Assembly (NCBI GenBank): GCA_900315335.1
Contig: OMYR01000018.1
Span: 3,516-67,515, forward strand
Direction: 5' to 3'
DNA length: 64,000 nt
Origin: an uncultured Bacteroidales bacterium
Lineage (GTDB): Bacteria > Bacteroidota > Bacteroidia > Bacteroidales > P3
The translations under genes were made by a program, and so were the position numbers. Positions 9,542 through 17,677 of this stretch are shown here, in pieces. The notes below the pieces were generated by a model. That model was given only the letters and a program-made list of their open reading frames with translations. It was not told the DNA's origin and did not search any database. Position 1 is the stretch's first letter; each line of letters starts with the position of its first letter.

Positions 9542-10315
9542 ATGATATTAACGGATACGCACACGCATATTTATGGCGAAGAATTTTTGGACGATATAGA
9601 TTCTGTGGTTTTAAGAGCAGAGGAAAATGATGTCAAAAATATTTTTTTGCCGACAACAGAAGCGGAATCTATCTCTCCTATGCTTGATTTGTACAAAACT
9701 AATCCGAAAATGTTTTATGCTTTTGTTGGCTTGTATCCTGGTAGTGTAAATAAAGATGTGTCATTACAGTTGTCTCAAATCAAGCCTTATTTGGACGACA
9801 AGCGTATCAGTGGTATTGGTGAGATTGGATTGGATTTTTATTGGGATAGAGATTTTGTTGAAGAACAGATTACAGCATTCAAAACTCAAATGCAGTGGAG
9901 CAAACAATACAATGATTTGCCTGTATCTATTCATTGCCGTAAGGCCTTTGAGGAAATATTTTCTTGTTTCAATGATTTGAACTATGCCAAATATAATGGA
10001 GTTTTTCATTGTTTTGGCGGTGATATTAATCAAGCCAACAAAGTTATTGAAATGGGCTTTAAGTTAGGCATAGGTGGGGTGGTTACTTTCAAGAATGCTC
10101 ATTTGGCGGAAATCGTTAGGCAGATAGATTTACAAAATATAGTATTGGAAACGGATGCTCCATATATCACACCTGCTCCGTACAGAGGTAAAAGAAACGA
10201 GCCTATGTATATAAAAATAATTGCTCAAAAGATTGCCGAAATTAAAGAAATCACTCTTGAAGAAGTAGCAGAAGTTACGACAGATACCGCAATGAAATTA
10301 TTGACAAGACAATAG
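9542..10315 (+). CDS. TatD-family metal-dependent hydrolase
   Basis: 257 aa. N-terminal DTHTHIY. Also EIGLDFYW, SIHCRKAFEE, VFHCFGG and LETDAPY. Confidence 0.88.
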   Translation: MILTDTHTHIYGEEFLDDIDSVVLRAEENDVKNIFLPTTEAESISPMLDLYKTNPKMFYAFVGLYPGSVNKDVSLQLSQIKPYLDDKRISGIGEIGLDFYWDRDFVEEQITAFKTQMQWSKQYNDLPVSIHCRKAFEEIFSCFNDLNYAKYNGVFHCFGGDINQANKVIEMGFKLGIGGVVTFKNAHLAEIVRQIDLQNIVLETDAPYITPAPYRGKRNEPMYIKIIAQKIAEIKEITLEEVAEVTTDTAMKLLTRQ

Positions 10316-10500
10316 TTTAATATAGTATATGACAAGACAATTGTATAAATACTGATGCTAATAGTATTATGGGCAAACAATATAAATTTTTCATTATTCA
10401 TCTTGCTTGTAATTGTTTTTATTGTTGCTACGAATGTTATCAAAAGCATTAGAAGCAAAAATAATATTTTGAAACCTATTTATATATCTAAAAAATTTCG

Positions 10501-10508
10501 TAATATTG
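10501..10508 (+). promoter_or_regulatory. Candidate -7 box (TAATATTG) upstream of the C25 peptidase gene
   Basis: One mismatch to TAnnTTTG. Lies 24 nt before ATG 10532. Confidence 0.3.
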
Positions 10509-10531
10509 CACGCTGATTTGCAAAGAAAAAT

Positions 10532-13500
10532 ATGAAAGCGAAATTACATATATTTTATTTACTGATAATCCTTGCAACGACTGTTTTTTCGCAAGAAAGA
10601 AAGGTATATATCAAAGAATTTGAAGAGTTTAATCTCGTCCCCATTCTTGCGAACAATCAAACATTTTACACTATTGATTTAGGGAAAGATTTTCGTAATT
10701 CAAATTCAGTAGCCCAGGCCCAATTGCCATTGGAAAATTCATTGGTTACTTATGAGCTTGATAGCGATATTCAAGTTAATGTTATTGTATTGGAAAAAGA
10801 TACAATCAAGATAAAAGACAATATATTGATTTATCCTATCCAAAAATCCAAAATAAAAATCGATACAACATATTCCTTTGTCATTGACAAGAAATATTAC
10901 ACTACCGATGCTTTTCAAGGAGAAAATCTCGTCAAAGTTGATAAAATCGGAGTTATGCGTAACCAAAACGTTGCGGTGGTATCAATCTCGCCATTAAGAT
11001 ATAACCCCGTAAAAAATTTGATTGAAAGGGTAAAAAAACTGCAAGTTGAAATCGTTTCTGTTAAAGATACTTCTTCGGCAGAAGCACATAAAAAAAACCT
11101 TTCTGCCACAGTTTCTCAAACAAATGCTAATTTACCATTGAAATTGGCTATTGTTACCAATGAAGCGTTTAAGGGAAATTTAGCACCTTTTGTAAAATGG
11201 AAAACAATGCAAGGTTTTGAAGTCTTGGAACTATATACCTCTCAAATAGGTAGCGATACGACTCAAATCCGTTCATATCTAAAAAATCTATACACATCAT
11301 CTACGCCTCTGAATACCCCGATAGATTATCTGTTGATTGTTGGCGACACGAACATTGTGCCAACCTTTAAGGGAAAATATAGAATAGAAAATTACCCTGC
11401 ACATTACACTGATTTATATTATGCAGAATACACAGGGGATATACTTCCCGATGCTTTCTATGGCAGAATCTCTATTTCGGATACTCAAACGTTGAACGCT
11501 GTTATTGATAAGACTATAAAATATGAGCAATATCTTTTGGGAGATACGTCATATTTGAATAGTTCGTTATTGGTTGCCGGCAAGGAAGGCTCGGACAATG
11601 CTCCGACTATGACAAACGGACAAAACAATTATCTGAAACATTATTTCCAATCACTAACCGATACAAACGTATATTACAATCCTACAAGTGCTGATAATTC
11701 CCATAAACCGCTTATATACGAAAAACTTTCTTTGGGTAATTCTTTTGTTAGTTATACGGGACACGGCAGTTTTATGGGTTGGCAAAATCCGCCATATAGA
11801 GTAAAGGACGTTGATACTTTGCTAAACAATGTCGGCAAATATGGAATTTTTGTAAATAATTGTTGTCATACGGGGCAGTATGATATGCCTGTTTGTTTTA
11901 CGGAAAGTCTTTTGCAAGCAAAAGATAAAGGCGGAGTGGCGTGTATAGGTTCTTCGGATTACACTCTATGGGACGAGGATTACTATTGGGCAGTCGGCTA
12001 TAAGGATATATCATTGAATCCACAATATGATGCAACCAAATTGGGAATGTATGATAGATTGTTTCACACCCATAATGAAATATTTTTGCAGCGTTATATT
12101 ACTTCTGCTCAAATGGTTCAGAGTGGCAACTTGGCAGTTACTCAGTCTTTGTCGCCATATTACAAGCATTATTGGGAAATGTATAATTTGCAAGGAGACC
12201 CCACTCTTATGCCGTATATAGGAATTCCGAAAACCTTTGAACGGAATTTTCCCGACACATTAATTGTCGGCAAAAAAAATTTAAGTTTCGTGGCAGAGCC
12301 ATATACATATGTGGCTTTGAGTGATGATAACGGTTTGATAACATCTGTTCAAGCCGATTCGCTTGGTGATGTCGATATTGATTTGACTGATATAACCGAA
12401 GCCAAAACGGTAAAAATCGTGCTGACCAATCAATTCTATTGTCCTTTGATTGATTCCATTGTTTTTACGTCCCCGAAAAATGCGTTCGTTGTTTTGAAAA
12501 ACATAAAAATCAAAGATAAAACGACAAATCAAGAAGTGGAAAATCTTTTGCAAGGCGAGCAATATATAGTGGATATTGATGTTACAAATGTGGGTTTAGC
12601 TGATTTGAATGGCGAAAATAATTACATAAAAATAATCACTGATACTGTTTTACTGATGTTAAACACTAATTCATCAGTGTTAAACACTAATTTACCAATT
12701 ACTCACATTAATTCTTTGGAAACACTTCATTTTTCAGACGCATTTGAATTTACTGTAAAAGGTGGGGTTAAAAACTTTTCGTTGGCAGATATTACTTTCG
12801 AGATTTATCAAAATGGAGAAAAAACCAATGAGAAAAAAACAGCGAAAGAAGTATTTGCTCCTCAATTATCCATAAACTCCGCTTCGATGAGTAGAAAAGA
12901 TAATGCTATCTCGCTAAAACTTTTGCTGCAAAACATAGGCAGGCAACCGTCTTCGCAAGGCAGCATCGAGATTGGTGATTTGTCAAGCAATATAAGTGTT
13001 GTTGATTTTATAAATCCAATCAAGTCTTTGGGCGTAAATGAAAAGGATACTGTGAATTTTCAAATTATGTTAACGGATACCACTCAAAGCGGAATTTCGT
13101 TTGATGTGAATTACACGGCAGGAGATTACAATGTTTTGAAATCATTTGATATTGATTTGAAACCAAAGATTGAGGGTTTTGAAAATGGTTTTACTTCATT
13201 GGATTGGCAAAATGATGAAACGAATGCGTGGGTTATAGATTCCACAACATCTTTTAGTGGAAAATATAGTGCAAGGAGCAAAGTGAATTTGGCACACAAC
13301 AAGCGTTCAAGACTTAATTTGAATGTGAATAACGCCGTGTCTTCGACTATTTCATTCTATGCTATGGTGTCAAGTGAAAAGGATTATGACAAATTAGTGG
13401 TCTATTTGGATAATGAGCCTATGTTTGATTTGAGTTTCGGGTATAATGATTTGGGATTGCTTGAAGGCTGGAAGCAATATAGTTTTCCTGTTTCCGACGG

Positions 13501-13867
13501 CAGCCATACGGTCAGTTTTTCTTATGAAAAAGATCAGTCCAACTCTTATGGTGAGGATTGTGCAAGGATTGATAATGTTGTGTTAAGTGTTTGTTCGGAT
13601 TCTGTTGTATTCGGTTTTGACGATTTGATGCAAAGCAATATTGATATGTTCCCAAATCCTGCTGCAAAGACGATAAATTTGAATAATCTGCCACAACATA
13701 ATACCGTAACCATAATAGACAATAACGCAAGGGCGGTTTATTGTGATGATAACATAGGGGAGAGTAAGCAAATAGATATTTCGTTTTTGGAAAACGGAGT
13801 TTATTATGTTGTAATTACCAATCGAAACATTGTTGTGGATAGACGAAAACTTATTGTTGCAAAATAA
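10532..13867 (+). CDS. Peptidase C25 (gingipain/PorU-like) family protein with T9SS C-terminal sorting domain
   Basis: 1111 aa with a signal peptide. Candidate His/Cys dyad contexts are SYTGHGSFMGW and IFVNNCCHTGQYD. A MAM/lectin-like module is present (EGFENGFTSLDWQNDETNAWVIDS...YEKDQS...ARIDNVVL). The C-terminus ISFLENGVYYVVITNRNIVVDRRKLIVAK is a type-A CTD. The ORF contains repeat locus C in frame. Confidence 0.75.
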   Translation: MKAKLHIFYLLIILATTVFSQERKVYIKEFEEFNLVPILANNQTFYTIDLGKDFRNSNSVAQAQLPLENSLVTYELDSDIQVNVIVLEKDTIKIKDNILIYPIQKSKIKIDTTYSFVIDKKYYTTDAFQGENLVKVDKIGVMRNQNVAVVSISPLRYNPVKNLIERVKKLQVEIVSVKDTSSAEAHKKNLSATVSQTNANLPLKLAIVTNEAFKGNLAPFVKWKTMQGFEVLELYTSQIGSDTTQIRSYLKNLYTSSTPLNTPIDYLLIVGDTNIVPTFKGKYRIENYPAHYTDLYYAEYTGDILPDAFYGRISISDTQTLNAVIDKTIKYEQYLLGDTSYLNSSLLVAGKEGSDNAPTMTNGQNNYLKHYFQSLTDTNVYYNPTSADNSHKPLIYEKLSLGNSFVSYTGHGSFMGWQNPPYRVKDVDTLLNNVGKYGIFVNNCCHTGQYDMPVCFTESLLQAKDKGGVACIGSSDYTLWDEDYYWAVGYKDISLNPQYDATKLGMYDRLFHTHNEIFLQRYITSAQMVQSGNLAVTQSLSPYYKHYWEMYNLQGDPTLMPYIGIPKTFERNFPDTLIVGKKNLSFVAEPYTYVALSDDNGLITSVQADSLGDVDIDLTDITEAKTVKIVLTNQFYCPLIDSIVFTSPKNAFVVLKNIKIKDKTTNQEVENLLQGEQYIVDIDVTNVGLADLNGENNYIKIITDTVLLMLNTNSSVLNTNLPITHINSLETLHFSDAFEFTVKGGVKNFSLADITFEIYQNGEKTNEKKTAKEVFAPQLSINSASMSRKDNAISLKLLLQNIGRQPSSQGSIEIGDLSSNISVVDFINPIKSLGVNEKDTVNFQIMLTDTTQSGISFDVNYTAGDYNVLKSFDIDLKPKIEGFENGFTSLDWQNDETNAWVIDSTTSFSGKYSARSKVNLAHNKRSRLNLNVNNAVSSTISFYAMVSSEKDYDKLVVYLDNEPMFDLSFGYNDLGLLEGWKQYSFPVSDGSHTVSFSYEKDQSNSYGEDCARIDNVVLSVCSDSVVFGFDDLMQSNIDMFPNPAAKTINLNNLPQHNTVTIIDNNARAVYCDDNIGESKQIDISFLENGVYYVVITNRNIVVDRRKLIVAK
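12637..12714. repeat. 21-bp-phased repeat array, locus C (inside the C25 peptidase CDS, in frame)
   Basis: Sequence CACTGATACTGTTTTACTGATGTTAAACACTAATTCATCAGTGTTAAACACTAATTTACCAATTACTCACATTAATTC, translated TDTVLLMLNTNSSVLNTNLPITHINS. Closely matches the reverse complement of intergenic locus D (CTGATGTTTAACACTATTTTATTAATCACTCACATTAAT). Confidence 0.7.
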
Positions 13868-13874
13868 ATTGATT

Positions 13875-14798
13875 ATGGCTGAAAATGATACTCTACATAC
13901 TGATTTAACTAATGTGCAACCTGTAAAGGATTCTGTGTTTGTACCTGAGTACGTGCAGAAAAATCCTTTGGAAATGTCGTCAAATACACAGAATGTATCT
14001 TGCAGGCAGTATATTTTCACCTTGATAAAGGATTCTGAGCTTAAACAACAAGAGCGGCTGACGATGTTTAAGGAAAAAACCTATTGTCCAAAGGATATGA
14101 AAATGGAATTAAATATCTATCAATCGCCGTCTAACTGGATATTTGGGATATTTATTTTTATAGTTTTTTCTCTTGTAATGTTTTTGAGGTTTGCAGGAGC
14201 ACAAATGTGGAGTTTCCTTGCCGGTTGTTTTTCAAAGAACCAAATTGCGATAACTACAAAGGACGGCACAACGATACATGCACTTGTTCTTTTACCTATT
14301 GTATTTATTTTGTTTCCGACTATAACTTTTTTACTCTTTGGTATCATTGATTATTATGATTTTGGTAAATATGCTTTTGGGTACTCAAATGCTTTGGATT
14401 TAGTCATAAAAACTCCTATTCTTTTGTGGCTTGGACTTTATTTGGGCTTGACGATAATTTATTTTTTCAAAATATTGCTTATAAAATTCTTCGCATGGGT
14501 ATTCAAGGAACGAAAAATATCCAATTATTATGTGCAAATCGTGCTAAATTTTGGTTTTTTGGCTGGAATTTTATTGATTTTGCCGTCATTTTTCGTGATA
14601 TACGGTGATAAATTTTACACAGAAATTTGTTTTGCTGTGATGGGGATACTGCTTGGTTTATTGTTTGTTACGCGATTGCTACGGTGTTTTTTTGTAATTA
14701 TTGACACCTTTAAGTTTTCTCATATCTATCTTTTTTTCTATCTTTGCATTTTGGAATTGCTACCATTGATAGTTGTAGGAAAAATTCTATTTTTTTAA
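13875..14798 (+). CDS. Polytopic membrane protein (DUF4271-like)
   Basis: The ATG at 13875 (MAENDTL) avoids overlap with the upstream stop at 13867. About 6 hydrophobic helices. From memory, genes of this type sit next to HemD-like genes in Bacteroidota. Confidence 0.6.
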   Translation: MAENDTLHTDLTNVQPVKDSVFVPEYVQKNPLEMSSNTQNVSCRQYIFTLIKDSELKQQERLTMFKEKTYCPKDMKMELNIYQSPSNWIFGIFIFIVFSLVMFLRFAGAQMWSFLAGCFSKNQIAITTKDGTTIHALVLLPIVFILFPTITFLLFGIIDYYDFGKYAFGYSNALDLVIKTPILLWLGLYLGLTIIYFFKILLIKFFAWVFKERKISNYYVQIVLNFGFLAGILLILPSFFVIYGDKFYTEICFAVMGILLGLLFVTRLLRCFFVIIDTFKFSHIYLFFYLCILELLPLIVVGKILFF

Positions 14799-14815
14799 GA
14801 TAAGATATATACTTT

Positions 14816-15805
14816 ATGGCTAAAAGTGCGAAGAATATACTGATTTCCCAAAACGCTCCGGCGGAAAAGGAGCGATCTCAGTATAAGTTATTGGCGGAAA
14901 AATACAATCTTAACCTTACATTTAACAAATTCTTTGAAGTTGTAAGAATCAGTAATAAGGAATTTAGGGCGCAAAGAATTAATCTTTTGGATTATCCTGC
15001 CGTGATAATGACAAGTAAAATGGCTGTGGATAATTACTTTCATTTTGCAGAGCAGATGCGTTTGGTTATTCCCGATGAAATGAAATTCTTTTGCATAACA
15101 GACTCCATTGCCAATTATCTACAAAACTATATTCAGTATCGTAAGCGTAAAATATTTTATGGTAAATTGACTTTTGACGAGTTAATACCTGTTATGTTGA
15201 AGCATAAAGAGGATAAATATTTATTCCCTTGTGCTGAGGACGCTTCGGCAATTAATTTCAAGAAATTGGAAGCGGCTAATATTAATTACACGAAGATTGT
15301 GATGCACCGCTCAGAGCCGAAAGATTTGTCAAAGATAGATATTAAGAAATATGATATGGTTGTTGTGTTTTCACCTATCGGCGTAAAATCGTTCGTAACC
15401 AATTTCCCAAACACTACTTCCGACGATGTGATGTTTGCAGCCTTTGGCAAGCCTACCCAAAAGGCTCTTCAAAAATATAAATTGAAAGTAACCGTTGCGG
15501 CACCTACGGTGAAAAGTCCTTCGATGATAATGGCGTTGGATCATTTCTTTGAAGAGACAGCACAAGCCAAAACTTCAAAGAAAGCAATGGAAACAAAAGA
15601 TGACGAGACTAAAGTCGCAACAGCAGTAAAGAAAACAACCAAAACTACTGCCGCTAAAACAACAACTACAACCGCTAAGAAAACTGCCTCTGCGACTAAG
15701 ACCACTATTTCAAAAGCCACATCGACAACCACAAAACCTAAGACGAGTTCAACAACCAAAACTGCGACAACCAAGACAGCAAAAGCAAAGAAAGCGGATC
15801 AATAA
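14816..15805 (+). CDS. Uroporphyrinogen-III synthase (HemD)-like protein with Thr/Lys/Ala-rich C-terminal tail
   Basis: 329 aa. The first 250 aa or so have a HemD-like two-lobe pattern (VIMTSKMAVDNYF, VVVFSPIGVKSF). The last 70 aa or so are TKVATAVKKTTKTTAAKTTTTTAKKTASATKTT...KTAKAKKADQ. Confidence 0.6.
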   Translation: MAKSAKNILISQNAPAEKERSQYKLLAEKYNLNLTFNKFFEVVRISNKEFRAQRINLLDYPAVIMTSKMAVDNYFHFAEQMRLVIPDEMKFFCITDSIANYLQNYIQYRKRKIFYGKLTFDELIPVMLKHKEDKYLFPCAEDASAINFKKLEAANINYTKIVMHRSEPKDLSKIDIKKYDMVVVFSPIGVKSFVTNFPNTTSDDVMFAAFGKPTQKALQKYKLKVTVAAPTVKSPSMIMALDHFFEETAQAKTSKKAMETKDDETKVATAVKKTTKTTAAKTTTTTAKKTASATKTTISKATSTTTKPKTSSTTKTATTKTAKAKKADQ

Positions 15806-16206
15806 TGTTTGAGTTCGATAAAAAACAGCGATTGTGTTCCAAAAAAAGAATAGAAACTCTTTTCAAACAAGGAAAGAGTTTTTTGGTATATCCTCTTAGC
15901 ATAAGATATGTTTTGCGAAAGGGGTGCGGAGATGTGTCGGTGTTGATAGTTTGTCCTAAGCGGTATCAAAAACATGCAGTCGATAGAAACAGAGTTAAGC
16001 GTCTGATAAGAGAAAATTATAGACAGAGTTCTTTGGATTTGAAACGCTTTGCGAAAGAAAATAATGTTGATATGGATTTTTCAATGCTATATGTAAGCAA
16101 ACATTTAATAAGTTTCGAGGATTTGCATACAGCAATCAAAGACGTGTTATCACATCTGCAAGAAGAGATAACAAAGAATATATCCGTTGAGTCTGAACAA
16201 AAATAA
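15805..16206 (+). CDS. rnpA: Ribonuclease P protein component
   Basis: 133 aa, basic. KKRIETLFKQGKSF and RNRVKRLIRE motifs. TAATG stop/start overlap with the upstream gene. Followed by yidD, the conserved arrangement. Confidence 0.85.
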   Translation: MFEFDKKQRLCSKKRIETLFKQGKSFLVYPLSIRYVLRKGCGDVSVLIVCPKRYQKHAVDRNRVKRLIRENYRQSSLDLKRFAKENNVDMDFSMLYVSKHLISFEDLHTAIKDVLSHLQEEITKNISVESEQK

Positions 16207-16227
16207 TTTCTTTCATACAATAAAGCA

Positions 16228-16479
16228 ATGACAAGGCTGAAAAAAATATTATCCTTTCCATTAAAGATGTTGCAATGGGTTATGATTTTTTTGATAAGGT
16301 TTTATCAAGTCGTGATTTCCCCACATACACCTGCGGCATGTAGATTTACCCCAACGTGTTCGCAATACGCCATGGAAGCTATAAAGAAATACGGCCCTTT
16401 GAAAGGTTTTTGGTTAGCCTTGAAGCGAATCTTGCGTTGCAATCCTTGGGGCGGCAGCGGTTATGACCCTGTTCCGTAA
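16228..16479 (+). CDS. yidD: Membrane protein insertion efficiency factor YidD
   Basis: 83 aa. [23 protein letters not shown] and [14 protein letters not shown] are hallmark motifs. Confidence 0.92.
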   Translation: MTRLKKILSFPLKMLQWVMIFLIRFYQVVISPHTPAACRFTPTCSQYAMEAIKKYGPLKGFWLALKRILRCNPWGGSGYDPVP

Positions 16480-16545
16480 TTTTCATTAACAGCCTATATT
16501 TGTTTTGTAAGATATACATCCATTAAATAATAATTTCAAAAGATT

Positions 16546-17451
16546 ATGACAGCCATTCCTCCTGCGTTGCAACAAGGCGATAAAGTAGCGATAATATCCA
16601 CCGCCCGTAAAATATCTTCCGAAGAAATCGAAAGCACAAAGCAATTACTTACTTCGTGGAATTTGAATGTTGTTATTGGCAAGACTATAAACGCACAATG
16701 CAATCAATTTGCGGGTAGTGATGATTTAAGAGCCGAAGACCTTCAAACTATGTTAGACGATAAAGAAATAACAGCGGTGTTTTTTGCTCGTGGCGGCTAT
16801 GGTAGTGTGAGGATTTTGGATATGGTCAATTGGCAGAGCCTTGCACAAAACCCTAAATGGCTTATAGGTTATTCCGATGTTACTGCCGTTTTGATGCATG
16901 CTTATTATAATGTGAATACGGCATCTGTTCATGGCATTATGCCGGTCAATATTACGGATACAAAAACCAATGTTGCCGTTTCTTCACTAAGAAATATCTT
17001 GTTTGGAGTTGATAATACGATTACGGCAAAGCCACATAAATTAAATAGGTGTGGCGAAGTGAGTGCAGAAGTTATAGGCGGTAATTTGTCTGTGATATAT
17101 TCGCTTTTGGCAAGCGATAGTTTTCAAAGCTCAGATGATAAAATCCTTGTCATAGAGGACTTGGACGAATACCTGTATCATATCGACAGAATGATGCAGG
17201 GGCTTAAACGTGCTGGCAAATTAAAAAACTTAAAAGCATTGATAGTTGGGCAGTTTTCGGATATGCACGACAATACCATACCTTTTGGTAAGACGGCTTG
17301 CGAGATTATTGCCGAGAGCGTAAAGGATTATGATTTTCCGCTGGCTTTTGATTTTCCGATAGGGCATATAGCAACCAACAATCACGCCTTTATTCACGGC
17401 AAAGCGGCAAGGCTCAATGTAACTCCAAACTCCGTAACGCTTATTCAATAG
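16546..17451 (+). CDS. LD-carboxypeptidase (peptidase S66)
   Basis: 301 aa. GDKVAIISTA, ARGGYGS, nucleophile context LIGYSDVTA, and C-terminal FPIGHI. Confidence 0.85.
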   Translation: MTAIPPALQQGDKVAIISTARKISSEEIESTKQLLTSWNLNVVIGKTINAQCNQFAGSDDLRAEDLQTMLDDKEITAVFFARGGYGSVRILDMVNWQSLAQNPKWLIGYSDVTAVLMHAYYNVNTASVHGIMPVNITDTKTNVAVSSLRNILFGVDNTITAKPHKLNRCGEVSAEVIGGNLSVIYSLLASDSFQSSDDKILVIEDLDEYLYHIDRMMQGLKRAGKLKNLKALIVGQFSDMHDNTIPFGKTACEIIAESVKDYDFPLAFDFPIGHIATNNHAFIHGKAARLNVTPNSVTLIQ

Positions 17452-17499
17452 TACGAAGAGATTTCATTTATAATTGAAATCACGTTTTTGTTGTGTGGA

Positions 17500-17583
17500 A
17501 TTAAAAAATTAGTGTTTGACATTAAAAAATTAATGTGAGTGATTAATAAAATAGTGTTAAACATCAGTTTTGCGATAAGTGAT
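17500..17583. repeat. 21-bp-phased repeat array, locus D (4 exact-phase units)
   Basis: Units are ATTAAAAAATTAGTGTTTGAC / ATTAAAAAATTAATGTGAGTG / ATTAATAAAATAGTGTTAAAC / ATCAGTTTTGCGATAAGTGAT, starting at 17500, 17521, 17542 and 17563. Confidence 0.8.
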
Positions 17584-17619
17584 AAAAGAAAATTATTGCT
17601 TACGGTCGATAAACAAATA

Positions 17620-17662
17620 AACGTCCGTCAAAAAGTTTTTTTTCGGCGGACGTTTTGTTTTT
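17620..17662. terminator. Bidirectional hairpin terminator between convergent genes
   Basis: Stem AACGTCCG (17620-17627) / CGGACGTT (17647-17654), flanked by an A-run and a T-run. Lies between the LD-carboxypeptidase (+) and flavodiiron (-) gene ends. Confidence 0.65.
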
Positions 17663-17677
17663 GATTATTTGAAAGGA

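Noticed and set aside
10532-13867. Calling the C25 protein definitively as the T9SS sortase PorU
   Set aside because: No adjacent porV is present and I cannot score family-specific models by eye. It is kept as a generic C25 (gingipain/PorU-like) protein.
15541-15774. 77-aa Val/Ala-rich minus-strand ORF
   Set aside because: It is the antisense reading of the Thr/Lys/Ala-rich low-complexity tail of the HemD-like gene.
17500-17583. Whether the 21-bp repeat arrays are CRISPR arrays
   Set aside because: The units are contiguous with no spacers and only 21 bp long. They are degenerate rather than identical, each array has only 3-5 units, and no cas genes are in the window.
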